Positions 37,723 through 47,305 of a stretch of DNA of 64,000 nucleotides are shown one piece after another. Positions within the stretch are counted from its first letter, which is position 1. Each line of letters starts with the position of its first letter. The stretch covers positions 1-64,000 of the forward strand of contig JAHJQN010000007.1 of assembly GCA_018819225.1 (NCBI GenBank), given 5' to 3'. The stretch is from Candidatus Micrarchaeota archaeon. Lineage in GTDB: Archaea > Micrarchaeota > Micrarchaeia > Norongarragalinales > SBBD01. The notes under the pieces are model-generated. The model searched no databases, had not been told where the DNA came from, and saw nothing but the letters and a program-made list of their open reading frames with translations. The translations under genes were made by a program, and so were the position numbers.

Positions 37723-38709
37723 ATGCAGGAAAAGGCCATTCAAACCGTGCGTCCCGATTTGAGGGACAAGAAATTACTGAGGGAAATCGATTTTCATGCC
37801 CGTTTACCCTATTCCGAGCTGGCGCGAAGAATTGGAACAAGCAAGCAGGGCGCCGAATACAAGTTCAAGAACTTACTAAAGCAGGGGGTCATAAGGGGCT
37901 CCTACCCCGTCGTTAATGTTCCAAAGCTAGGATACCTGTATTGCAGATTGCTCGTGACGTTGCAGGGAGTCTCTGAAATACAAATCGAACGCATCGTGGA
38001 GGATTTGAAAAAGGATCCAAACGTATTCTGGCTGTTCACGATGGAAGGACGATACGACCTATTGGTGGTGTTTTGGGCTAAAAACGTATCCGATTTCAAG
38101 AGAATGGTCACGTCATTTCTTGAAAAACACGGCAAACATGTGAAAAGGAAGGTCGAAACGGTAACGACTGACGTATGCCACTTGTCCCATCGATACTTAT
38201 TGGAAGAAGGAGACAAACAGGAAGTAAGCATTCGCGAAACGGACGAGCGAATTAAAATCGATGAATTGGATAAGCGAATCCTGACCGTATTGGCTTCGGA
38301 TGCCCGAATTCCGTTAATTCAGCTGGCTTCGGCAGTTGATGCATTACCAAAAACGGTCGCGTATCGAATGAAACGCATGGAAAAAGAAAAACTTATTTTA
38401 TGCTATCGACCAATCATTGACCATTCCGTTCTTGGGTTGACGTATTACAAACTATTTGTCAACTTGAACTCGTACTCGCTGGTACAAATGCAGACCATCA
38501 AAAACTGGGTGAAGCAGAACAAATACGTGACGTACATCGTCGAAGGCTCGGGACTACCCACGGACTTGGATCTGGAGCTCATTGTTCCTTCGAATAAAGC
38601 CCTTTTCGAATTTATCCGCCAATTGAGGTTTAAATTCCCGAGGATCATCGGCGACTATTCGACTGTAGTATTCAAAGAAACAAGGAAAGTGCGGTATCTG
38701 CCGTTCTGA
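37723..38709 (+). CDS. Tandem Lrp/AsnC-family transcriptional regulator
   Basis: Two HTH-RAM units (DLRDKKLL..ARLPYSELA; DELDKRIL..DARIPL); GRYDL. Confidence 0.85.
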   Translation: MQEKAIQTVRPDLRDKKLLREIDFHARLPYSELARRIGTSKQGAEYKFKNLLKQGVIRGSYPVVNVPKLGYLYCRLLVTLQGVSEIQIERIVEDLKKDPNVFWLFTMEGRYDLLVVFWAKNVSDFKRMVTSFLEKHGKHVKRKVETVTTDVCHLSHRYLLEEGDKQEVSIRETDERIKIDELDKRILTVLASDARIPLIQLASAVDALPKTVAYRMKRMEKEKLILCYRPIIDHSVLGLTYYKLFVNLNSYSLVQMQTIKNWVKQNKYVTYIVEGSGLPTDLDLELIVPSNKALFEFIRQLRFKFPRIIGDYSTVVFKETRKVRYLPF

Positions 38710-38945
38710 TGACATCGTTAGCAACGCTCGGATTCGGATATTTCTTCGATTACCGCACGGATGAGGGCGCGATTTGCACTTTTTTCACTTGAGTTGCAAG
38801 TTCCGTAGGGAGCGGGATCCATTTTTTCAATAGCGTAGAAGTCGAATTCCGCAGAGCAATAGGCGGTATTCAACCCAATGTATAAATACCAAAATCCGAT
38901 TCGGGTTATGAAAGTGAAGTAAGTATACGGAGGAGGGGATAACAT

Positions 38946-39284
38946 ATGAAGAAATTTATGGTAGTATACAAGGCACCCGCGTCCGCAATGGAAAAAATGC
39001 ACGATTCGAGCCCGGAAGAAATGAAAAAGGGAATGGAGGCTTGGATGGTTTGGGCGGAAAAATGCGGTAGTGGCTTAGTCGATATGGGAACCCCGCTTGG
39101 AAACGCACAAAAACTAACCGAAACAGGGAGTTCGCCTAGTGTCAATAATGTGATGGGGTATTCCGTTTTGCAAGCAGAATCAATGGAGGGCGCAAAGAAG
39201 TTATTGAAAGGCCATCCTCATCTTGGCTGGGGTAAAGGGTGCGAAATAGAAGTGCTCGAGTCCCTTCCGAAGCCCGGAAAATAA
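38946..39284 (+). CDS. YciI-like protein
   Basis: MEAWMVW...LVDMGTPLG...GYSVLQAES...LLKGHPH; GGAGG RBS. Confidence 0.75.
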   Translation: MKKFMVVYKAPASAMEKMHDSSPEEMKKGMEAWMVWAEKCGSGLVDMGTPLGNAQKLTETGSSPSVNNVMGYSVLQAESMEGAKKLLKGHPHLGWGKGCEIEVLESLPKPGK

Positions 39285-39319
39285 ATAGTAGTTCGCATTG
39301 AGTAAAAACGGCATTTCAA

Positions 39320-39715
39320 CTACTTGAAATAGGTTTTCAGCGGTTCCCAGTAGTGATCGTGCCAACCTTGCGAGATGGAGGCGTGACATTCGGAAGGTAC
39401 TCCGGACTGCGTAAATGTAAGTTTCGTTCCGCCGGTCACTTTTTTTAAGGAAAACACGGCTCGCGAGTAATGGTCTTCCGGCCAATGATCCATCACGCAC
39501 ATCCAAGACTGCACGATTTTTTTGTCTGGAATCAACTCCAAGTTGGTGCCGACGAGGCCGTCCTCATAAGCGGAAAAGGGCCCGCCTACCTTGCGAGTCA
39601 TTTTTGCCGGCGATCCCGTAAATTTGGCGTGCTGGCGGGAATCCACGAGGGCCTCATAGACCGCATGCGGAGAAGCGTTGATAAGTACCGTTTGGCGAAT
39701 CGACTTGGTTTTCAT
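39320..39715 (-). CDS. SRPBCC/AHSA1 domain protein
   Basis: ASPHAVYEAL, GGPFS, KKIVQSW, TKLTFTQSGVP, GWHDHYW. Confidence 0.88.
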   Translation of the reverse strand: MKTKSIRQTVLINASPHAVYEALVDSRQHAKFTGSPAKMTRKVGGPFSAYEDGLVGTNLELIPDKKIVQSWMCVMDHWPEDHYSRAVFSLKKVTGGTKLTFTQSGVPSECHASISQGWHDHYWEPLKTYFK

Positions 39716-39875
39716 AAACTAAACACCCCCGATCATTCGAAACGTCGTAAGGACGCTAATACCGTTGAGGTTTGAGTATATAATGAATCAGTTTAGAATG
39801 ACTTACGATTGATAATGTCCAAGACAAGTGCGCATTCAAAACCCTTAAGTAGGGGAGGTAAAATACGTACTCGTT

Positions 39876-41138
39876 ATGCGAATGAAAGCTGGGCGTTGGA
39901 TGATCATCAGCTTGTTTTTACTGGGATGCATTCAAGGAGATCCGGCTGCAACGACGTCCTCCATTCAAGAAACGGGCACGCCGTTACCCACGGAGGAAGT
40001 GACGGTTCAGGCCACGAGCACCATGCAAACAACGCCCGCGGTTTCGGCGACTCCGGAAATCACTCCTACAATAAAAGAAACGCCTTCACCGGAACCCGCA
40101 CGCGATCCGGACGCCGAGTACTATTACTGGATTCAAGAAGAGTATGCGGATGTGGATTTGCCGAGTTGCGAGGGAAAGGCGTTTACGCACCCGCCCTCCG
40201 GTTGGAACGACTTCGTGAAACTGATTCCGCTCGGAAATCTTTTCCCGCCGGAGCACACGATTCCCACGCACCATATGTACATTCGCTTGGAGTACGCGAA
40301 GCAGGTCGATTTTCAAGCCATTGGGGATATCCGAATCCTTGAAATCGTCCGCTACCGTTACCCCGAGCAAAACGATGAAGATTACATGTTTACGTTTGCG
40401 CTCTGCGATCAGGTATACGGGTATTTCATTCACATCCGCCAACTATCGGACAAGGTCATGAAAGCGTTTGATGAAGGAGCATGCGAAGAAGACAGTTACG
40501 GCGACGGAAAATACCAGACGTGCACGAGAAAAGTGGATGTGGAAGTAAAAGGTGGGGAGTATTTGGGCCGGGTCGGAAAGAAGGACACTGGAGGATACGA
40601 TCTCGGGGTGTACGACTTGAGGAAGCCATTGAAATGGGCGAACCCCGCGAGAAATCAGGGACGCGCGATGTTGTTGGTTTGCCCACTGGATTATTACGCG
40701 GACGGGGTTCGGAAACAAATGTATGAAAAGATCGAGAGGGAAGAAGAGCCGCGTTGCGGGAAAGTGAATCAAGACGTAAACGGAACGTTGAAAGGCAATT
40801 GGTACCATGAGAGCGCGAACCCGGAAGGCCATGGCGAGTGGAACACGGAATTGGCGTTTGCCGAAGACAATAACGAGCCCACCACGTACGCGGTATCCAT
40901 AGGAGGAATATTTACGGACGCGGGGCGGGTTGATTTCAAACCAAAGCATTCGGGAACCATTAATCGGGCGTTTGAGGAAGTAAAACCAGATGGAAAAGCG
41001 TATTGCTATGAAGGCGAAGGGAAGAACGGAAGCGTTATCATCGAAATGGAGAGCGAGACCACGTTGAAGATCGAGAAGAAGATGGGATCGTGCGGTTCAA
41101 GTCCCTCGTTCAATGCGCCGTACACGTATCATCGGTAG
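39876..41138 (+). CDS. Lipoprotein with Thr/Pro linker and a degenerate M23-like domain
   Basis: LLGC lipobox; HTIPTHHMY, FIHI, VEVKGGEYLGRVG, DLGVYD, VCPLDYY. Confidence 0.6.
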   Translation: MRMKAGRWMIISLFLLGCIQGDPAATTSSIQETGTPLPTEEVTVQATSTMQTTPAVSATPEITPTIKETPSPEPARDPDAEYYYWIQEEYADVDLPSCEGKAFTHPPSGWNDFVKLIPLGNLFPPEHTIPTHHMYIRLEYAKQVDFQAIGDIRILEIVRYRYPEQNDEDYMFTFALCDQVYGYFIHIRQLSDKVMKAFDEGACEEDSYGDGKYQTCTRKVDVEVKGGEYLGRVGKKDTGGYDLGVYDLRKPLKWANPARNQGRAMLLVCPLDYYADGVRKQMYEKIEREEEPRCGKVNQDVNGTLKGNWYHESANPEGHGEWNTELAFAEDNNEPTTYAVSIGGIFTDAGRVDFKPKHSGTINRAFEEVKPDGKAYCYEGEGKNGSVIIEMESETTLKIEKKMGSCGSSPSFNAPYTYHR

Positions 41139-41139
41139 A

Positions 41140-42591
41140 CTATCCCGGCAGCTTATCCACGTTTAAAAGATTGGTCCATGTCTTTCCGCCATCCGCGGAC
41201 TTCCAAACGTACGCATAATTCGCTATCATGAATACGGTTTTCGAATCGTCGGGATGCCATACGATGTGGGACACGTAGACCTTCGCGTCCCGCACGCCAG
41301 GAGGAAGGGGGCTGAGTTCCTGCCAGGTCAGGCCGCCATCCGCACTTTCCATTAAACTATTGCGCACTAAGGTATAGCCAAGAAGGTGGTTACCGGACGC
41401 GTCGTGCGGGTCGTATCGCGCCACATCCAAATAGAACGGGGTTTCATGGAACGTGCTGCCGCCATCCAACGTCACGAAACTTTTCTGATCGTCGTACGTC
41501 GAGCCTTCATCAAAACGCAATGGTTTCACAAAAAAGTGATTGAATTGATTAAAGGAAACATCTCCCCCGAAAATCGATCGGTATTTCTCGGGAAGGTTTT
41601 TGGCGAGCGCAGACCACGACGCGCCTCCGTCACGGGAAACCACGGGACCGAATTGCACGGGAAGCATCACTTCCAAATGAGAGCCGTCTGGAGAAACGGC
41701 GTGGTCGTGGGAATTCGTCAATGCCAGCACGTGCCGTGAATTTTCCGGGTTCACGAAAATGGCGATTCCTTGAAGACCAACCAACAGACCGGTGGGAAGT
41801 TCATCCCACGTCTCGCCGCCGTTTACGGTTTTGTAAAAAACCCCGTCATAGACTGTTTTCCAGTTGGGATCAGGATCCGAAATGGTGGGAGCGGTACTGT
41901 CCACGCCATAGTAAATGATCTGCGGATTCGTTGGATCGAATGCCAGTGCGCCCGTTCCGCCGGCGTTCATGCGATCTTTAAGGAGTTGGTGCCATGATTC
42001 GCCGACATCCAAGGACTCCCACACCCCCGCGGTTTCGGAATAGGGATCGTAAATGGTTCCGGTAGACGTATCCGCGCGGGCAAACAATATGCGATCGGAA
42101 TCCGTGGGATCGATGATCATTTGGCCGACGTCTCCATAACAGTATTTGCCCGGGTTTTCGGAATCGGGATACGCGCGCAAACCGTTGTTGATCGATTTCC
42201 ACGAAATACCGCCGTTGGTGGTTTTCAAAATGCCGGCGCCCTCCATTCCGATATACATTATTTGCGGATTCTTGGAATCAATCACCAAGGACTTCCCGGG
42301 ATGGAACGACTGGCGTTCTTGAGAGCAAGGCAAGCCGTTCTCCATCAAATGCTGGGAGCTGGGGCTGTACGTGGGAGACGACGCTCCCGACGGTGAAGGG
42401 GCTAACGAAGGGGAAGGGGTTTCGGAAGCACGTAGGGTGGGTTCGGGAGAAGGAGTTAATGAAGGCGGGAGTACCGTAGGAGTTTGAGTCGGTGAGGAAG
42501 AAGGGGAATCGACGGGAGGCGATTGAACGCAACCAAATGCAAGAAACGCGATGAGAAGAATCAGCCAAGAACGACGATGCATGAAAATCAT
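41140..42591 (-). CDS. Lipoprotein with BNR/Asp-box beta-propeller
   Basis: AFGC lipobox, Ser/Pro linker, repeated (S/T)xDGGxTW boxes. Confidence 0.8.
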   Translation of the reverse strand: MIFMHRRSWLILLIAFLAFGCVQSPPVDSPSSSPTQTPTVLPPSLTPSPEPTLRASETPSPSLAPSPSGASSPTYSPSSQHLMENGLPCSQERQSFHPGKSLVIDSKNPQIMYIGMEGAGILKTTNGGISWKSINNGLRAYPDSENPGKYCYGDVGQMIIDPTDSDRILFARADTSTGTIYDPYSETAGVWESLDVGESWHQLLKDRMNAGGTGALAFDPTNPQIIYYGVDSTAPTISDPDPNWKTVYDGVFYKTVNGGETWDELPTGLLVGLQGIAIFVNPENSRHVLALTNSHDHAVSPDGSHLEVMLPVQFGPVVSRDGGASWSALAKNLPEKYRSIFGGDVSFNQFNHFFVKPLRFDEGSTYDDQKSFVTLDGGSTFHETPFYLDVARYDPHDASGNHLLGYTLVRNSLMESADGGLTWQELSPLPPGVRDAKVYVSHIVWHPDDSKTVFMIANYAYVWKSADGGKTWTNLLNVDKLPG

Positions 42592-42677
42592 CCAAATGAA
42601 AGACTTCGCCGGAACTTAAAAACGTGCGGAGGTCTTGGAAAAGAGATGTTTTTATTCCATGAAAGAGAAGTGAACGT

Positions 42678-43778
42678 ATGCGGCAGGTAAAGAAAAGAAA
42701 AATCGCGAAAGTGGAAAGAAAGGAGTCGCGATGGCCAAACCCTCAAACGGTTCCCATTATCGCGATTATTTTCCTGTTGTTGCCGTTTCTCGCCATGGCG
42801 ATGGCGTGGTATGGGCAAACGGGAGCGCCGTGGGGATCCGATCTCGCCGTGCAGATCGCCAAGTTTCAGGGATTAACCTACGAAGAGCTCGTGGCGTTGC
42901 CGTACGCGCACAATTACGAGGCCTTTGAAGTCAACGGCGAGTTGCTGGTCAGCGACGAAAGCCGGGCGGCGTGGAAATCGTATTATGAAGGGTATCCGAG
43001 CGGGTTGACGTTCATTCTCCTGTTTCCGCTGTCCCTGCTATTTCCGTTGGAGTTGGCCGCGAGTCTCGCGGTGTTTATTGCGTTATTCATTGTGGCATTA
43101 TTGGTTTACGAGGCGAGCGGACGCGAATGGATGGCGCCGTTGTTGTTGGTATGGGGAAGCAAGTACGTGCTCTCGAATTCCATTGGAGGGGGGTTGCCGC
43201 TGGTTCTGATCAGCGCGTTTGTGCTGGCGTTTCTGATGGTGAAGAATACTGGTTTTCGATTGCTTCTCGTGCTGCTCGGTGCGTTTACGCACCAATGGGG
43301 CGTGTTCTTCATGGGCGCATTGATGGGCGTATCGTTGCTCATGCGATGGATGGGAACAGGAGCCGCACTGGCGTTGCCGACACCGTTGCAGGCGCCCTTT
43401 GAACGCCTTCAATTCTTTTCGAATACGCATGCGGGATCCGCATTGCTCATGTTTCCGGCCGGGGCACTCGCACTGTTCGAGCTGAGAACGTTGTTTAAGG
43501 AAAATAAGGAAGCGGAATTGTGGATTTTTGCGGTTGGAATGGGAACCATTGCGGCGTTGTGGAACGAAAGAACGTTTTTGATGGTGATTCCCGTGCTGGC
43601 GGTATTGGCGGGAAAGGCGTTTCGTAAACTACCGGTTTGGGGAAAGCGCGCGGTCTGGATATACTTGCTGGCGTTCTCCATTTACAACATCGTGAGTTTG
43701 ACGGATTTCTTTACGGGCATGCTATCCGCTTTCCGGAATGAAGAATTCCTGTGCCGAGTGCTCGAGCAGTGCAAATGA
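42678..43778 (+). CDS. Multi-pass membrane protein, GT-C glycosyltransferase-like
   Basis: GSD after TM1, YPSGL, AFTHQ, ERT and ~9 TM segments. Confidence 0.55.
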   Translation: MRQVKKRKIAKVERKESRWPNPQTVPIIAIIFLLLPFLAMAMAWYGQTGAPWGSDLAVQIAKFQGLTYEELVALPYAHNYEAFEVNGELLVSDESRAAWKSYYEGYPSGLTFILLFPLSLLFPLELAASLAVFIALFIVALLVYEASGREWMAPLLLVWGSKYVLSNSIGGGLPLVLISAFVLAFLMVKNTGFRLLLVLLGAFTHQWGVFFMGALMGVSLLMRWMGTGAALALPTPLQAPFERLQFFSNTHAGSALLMFPAGALALFELRTLFKENKEAELWIFAVGMGTIAALWNERTFLMVIPVLAVLAGKAFRKLPVWGKRAVWIYLLAFSIYNIVSLTDFFTGMLSAFRNEEFLCRVLEQCK

Positions 43779-43784
43779 AAATCG

Positions 43785-44201
43785 TCAGCGTCTCCGGGCG
43801 CCTTTCCTGCGCCTCCAATTATGGAACTCGTGAAACTCGACTTCCACTTTCTCCGCAGTATCCGAACGCTTCTTGAACGCGTAAATGAAGATCACGAGCG
43901 AGATGAGGAGAAGCGAATCCGTCCATGCCCCTGCACACGTTCCGCCAAAACATATTTGGGCTTCACGCAAAAACAATGCGAGGGCCATGATGCCGATCCC
44001 CAAATAGAACACGAGGGAAATGCGCCAGTCCCAACGCACTTTTCCGCGGCGTTTCTGGGAATAGACGACGAAAACGTAAATTAAAAGATACAACAATACG
44101 AGTAGGGAAACGACGAGCGTCAACGCGCCGACCAAATCAAACCCCGAGGCCACGGAAACCATAGACATCTCTCGACCAACCCGGGAAGCGATTCCCGGCA
44201 T
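43785..44201 (-). CDS. 3-TM membrane protein
   Basis: Hydrophobic ORF with own TTTTTATA promoter. Confidence 0.65.
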   Translation of the reverse strand: MPGIASRVGREMSMVSVASGFDLVGALTLVVSLLVLLYLLIYVFVVYSQKRRGKVRWDWRISLVFYLGIGIMALALFLREAQICFGGTCAGAWTDSLLLISLVIFIYAFKKRSDTAEKVEVEFHEFHNWRRRKGARRR

Positions 44202-44236
44202 ACAAGCAAACTCTGAAACGGTATAAAAAGGGTGCG

Positions 44237-44857
44237 TTAAGGCCGCGAGAGAAGCACGCGCGCTGGAGAGGCTTCTGCACCCGCTACGAGCAGCGGCAAC
44301 CCCATGAACGTGTACGGACCCGGGGAAATACGGCGGAGGTTCAAGCCCTCAAATACGGCAATGCCCGCCTTCAAAAGCGTCTCGTGCACGCGTTGATTCC
44401 CGGAATGAAATCGTTGAACGGACAAGGAATCAACGCCTAACGTGCGCACTCCCTTCATTTTCAGAAAACGCGCGGCATCCAACGACACGTGAACGTAATC
44501 GGCGTGGAAGCGATTGAAACCGCGAAGCGAATTCCGAGTTTTAAACAGGACAATCTCGTTTTTTTTAATGCGGAAGTTTTGTAAATCACTCGCGGTAATA
44601 CCGGACGTCACGTGCGTCAAATCCAGGACGCGGCACGCGCCATGAAAATGCGCCAACGCCAATTGGTCAACGCTTTTTTTACTCCAGAGCACGTGCTTGG
44701 GCGCGTCCACATGCGTCCCCGTATGGCTGCCGATACGCAACTCGGACAGATTCGTGGAAGCGCGAGGACGGCGGCTGTAAAACCGGAGGGAAGGACGCGG
44801 GTTTCCGGGATAAATAGGCATGCGCGAAGAAATGGGAAGCGACACATCGTAAAGCAT
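44237..44857 (-). CDS. Cyclase-family (kynurenine formamidase-like) metallohydrolase
   Basis: YPGNP, HTGTHVDAPKH, GVDSLS, HETLL, EGLNL, SPARVLL. Confidence 0.9.
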   Translation of the reverse strand: MLYDVSLPISSRMPIYPGNPRPSLRFYSRRPRASTNLSELRIGSHTGTHVDAPKHVLWSKKSVDQLALAHFHGACRVLDLTHVTSGITASDLQNFRIKKNEIVLFKTRNSLRGFNRFHADYVHVSLDAARFLKMKGVRTLGVDSLSVQRFHSGNQRVHETLLKAGIAVFEGLNLRRISPGPYTFMGLPLLVAGAEASPARVLLSRP

Positions 44858-44862
44858 GAAAA

Positions 44863-45768
44863 TCACCGGCGTTTTTTTACTACGGGATGCCCCCCGAACT
44901 CATTGCGGATCGCGGCAATCACTTTGCCGCTAAAGCGACCGGTTTTCTTGGAACGTCTGCGCTCTCGAAGCGCCCATTCCACTGAACGCATGCGCGCCCC
45001 GTATTTCCGGGCCGTGCGCGATGCCCACCCGCCGGTTTCGCCGCCGCCCACGACCCCGGAAAGGGCATTCAAATGAGGATCTTTACGAAACGCGGATTCC
45101 GCGAGCTCCAATAACCACGAACGGATGACCCCGCCATGATTCCAAACGCGCGCAACGTCTGCATGCGATAAGGAATACGGCCCTTTTTCCAGCACCTCAA
45201 ACCCTTCTCCGTAGGCTTGAAGCAATGAATACTCGATGCCGTTGTGAATCATTTTAACGTAATGACCGGCGCCGGCTGGCCCCATATAACCAAAGCCGTT
45301 CGGAGCCGCTAGATCGCGGAAAAGTGGTTTCAGGCCATTGAAAACCGAGCGGTCGCCGCCGATAGTCAGCGAAGCGCCAGACGACGCGCCCTCTAAACCG
45401 CCGGACGTTCCCACGTCCAGAAAATGAATGCGTTTTTTCTTCAGGCTCGTATAGCGACGCCGGGAATCTTCGTAAAACGAGTTGCCTCCATCGATCACGA
45501 CATCGCCGCGATCGAGTAAGGGAGTCAGTGAAGCAAGAACGTGGTCGACGGGTGCGCCGGCAGGAATCATGATCCAGAACACGCGCGGAGATGGAAGCAA
45601 TGAAACGATGTGCTCAAGTGAATGAGCAGCCCGTGCGCGGGAATGCTTGGAAAACGATCGCGTAACCGAAGGCGAGCGATCGAATGCGACGACGCGGTGA
45701 CCGCGTTTAAGCAAACGCGTGGCCATGTTGCGGCCCATGCGACCTAAACCGATAAAACCGATTTTCAT
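44863..45768 (-). CDS. gnd: 6-phosphogluconate dehydrogenase, decarboxylating, short type
   Basis: IGLGRMG, IDGGNS, DVGTSGG, GAGHYVKMIHNGIEY, IRSWLL, RNEFGGH. Confidence 0.92.
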   Translation of the reverse strand: MKIGFIGLGRMGRNMATRLLKRGHRVVAFDRSPSVTRSFSKHSRARAAHSLEHIVSLLPSPRVFWIMIPAGAPVDHVLASLTPLLDRGDVVIDGGNSFYEDSRRRYTSLKKKRIHFLDVGTSGGLEGASSGASLTIGGDRSVFNGLKPLFRDLAAPNGFGYMGPAGAGHYVKMIHNGIEYSLLQAYGEGFEVLEKGPYSLSHADVARVWNHGGVIRSWLLELAESAFRKDPHLNALSGVVGGGETGGWASRTARKYGARMRSVEWALRERRRSKKTGRFSGKVIAAIRNEFGGHPVVKKRR

Positions 45769-45773
45769 ATGCG

Positions 45774-46925
45774 TCACCGTTTATGCGATTCCAGCGGATG
45801 CACTTCCACGACGATCTTAAGCTGCTTCTCGTCCTGAACTTCAAACGCTTTTTCCGCTTTAGCTAAGGGGAAGCGGTGCGTGATCGCCTCGTTCAGAATG
45901 CCTTTAAATCGGGCATTGATGCGCGGAATGTCGTGCAATGCTTGCTGGAAATGCCGGAGATTGGAATTCACGGAGCCCACGATCACGATGTTATGGCGCA
46001 CGATCTGGCGCAAAATGCTATGGGAATCCAACTCTTCCATTTTTATTCCGCGGGGAATGCCGGTCATCAAGTAAATGCTGCTACGCGACATCAACGGAAT
46101 CAAACTCAACGCCAATTTGGATGCGCCTGAGGCCTCGAAAATGATATCCAGCGTACTTAACGAACAGCACAAGTGCACGATTTCTTCAGGCGTCTTGCCG
46201 CGAGCGTCAATGTATTTAGCGCCCAATTTCTTGATCATCTCCACCTTATAGTGATCCTCGGGAACGATTTCCACCACGTATACATCCACATCCTCCAAGC
46301 GAAGCAACGCCGTGGCAAGAAATCCTAACGGACCCGCGCCGATCACTAACGCGGTCTTGCAATGACCCCAGCCGGGCTGATCGAACCCGTGCTTTTTGTG
46401 TCCGCACGCCCAAGGCAAGCGACTTTGAATGTGTCGAATTTGTTCCACGGCCTTTTCCGCGATGCTTAAAGGCTCAACGAACACGCCGAACTGCGCGAGC
46501 TCGCGAGGGATTTTGAGCAGGTACTGCGATTCATCCACGAAATATTCGGTGAGGAATCCGTCGGTTTTGTGAATGCCGCGTTCCGTGTAAAGACCGGTCA
46601 GGCACATGTCGCTTTGGTTGTGCAAGCACGGTGCGCAGATTCCGCACCCGCGACGCACGGTCGCCGTAACGAAATCCCCTTTCCGAAACCCTTGGACCTC
46701 CTTCCCGTGTGCTTCGACCATGCCCAGGACTTCATGACCGAGAATCAAGCGATCGCGATCTTTCGCGATGTCGGGAATGTTGCTCTTGAGAATGCCGAAA
46801 TCGGTTCCGTCCACGCCGGTTTCCAGAATGCGTACTAGAACATGGTTTGGAGAGGTAATCGAAGGCTTGGGAGCAGTAAAAGCATGGATGCCTTTCCTTA
46901 CTCGAAACATTCCTACGGCGCGCAT
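45774..46925 (-). CDS. Zn-dependent glucose 1-dehydrogenase (MDR family)
   Basis: GVDGTD, LGHE, TVRRGCGIC..C...SDMC..G.YTERGI, VEPLSI.EK, GAGPLG, GSVN. Confidence 0.88.
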   Translation of the reverse strand: MRAVGMFRVRKGIHAFTAPKPSITSPNHVLVRILETGVDGTDFGILKSNIPDIAKDRDRLILGHEVLGMVEAHGKEVQGFRKGDFVTATVRRGCGICAPCLHNQSDMCLTGLYTERGIHKTDGFLTEYFVDESQYLLKIPRELAQFGVFVEPLSIAEKAVEQIRHIQSRLPWACGHKKHGFDQPGWGHCKTALVIGAGPLGFLATALLRLEDVDVYVVEIVPEDHYKVEMIKKLGAKYIDARGKTPEEIVHLCCSLSTLDIIFEASGASKLALSLIPLMSRSSIYLMTGIPRGIKMEELDSHSILRQIVRHNIVIVGSVNSNLRHFQQALHDIPRINARFKGILNEAITHRFPLAKAEKAFEVQDEKQLKIVVEVHPLESHKR

Positions 46926-47050
46926 GAAAAACCCCTTTCAGTAGCAATAAAGGATCGCGAACCGAAGTATAAATGGCTTTGGTTAAACGGAACCGGCCGC
47001 CAAACGCTTTTTATACGAGAACCCGCATGCACGTTTTGGGTGAGGGCCGC

Positions 47051-47305
47051 ATGACCGAAAAAGAAGTCGGAAAAGTATTGCATGTTTTCGGAAAGCTCGG
47101 CGTAGCCATCATCGAACTCTCGGGCACGCTCCGCATCGGGGACTCGATAGTCATCCGGGGCCCGCATACGGACATGCAACAAACCGTTGAAAGCATGCAG
47201 ATCGAACACAAGGTCGTCACGGAAGCCAAGGCAGGGGAAAGCATTGGATTGAAAGTCAACGAACCCGTGCACGATCACAATATCGTCTACAAACTGGAAG
47301 ACTAA
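47051..47305 (+). CDS. Translation elongation factor domain II-like small beta-barrel protein
   Basis: VGKV.HVF.KLGVA...GD.I.I.G..TD..Q.VESMQI.H..V.EA..G..IGLK. Confidence 0.8.
   Translation: MTEKEVGKVLHVFGKLGVAIIELSGTLRIGDSIVIRGPHTDMQQTVESMQIEHKVVTEAKAGESIGLKVNEPVHDHNIVYKLED

Larger units (their letters stand above)
34972..38814. mobile_element. tRNA-Glu-anchored tandem islets delimited by tRNA 3'-end copies
   Basis: TCCCGTAGGGAGCAT at 34972 and 36810 (15/15); CCGTAGGGAGC at 38803; degenerate copy at 36151-36169; accessory cargo; no integrase seen. Confidence 0.7.

Noticed and set aside
34986-42600. Provirus or transposon
   Set aside because: No integrase, transposase, capsid or replication genes
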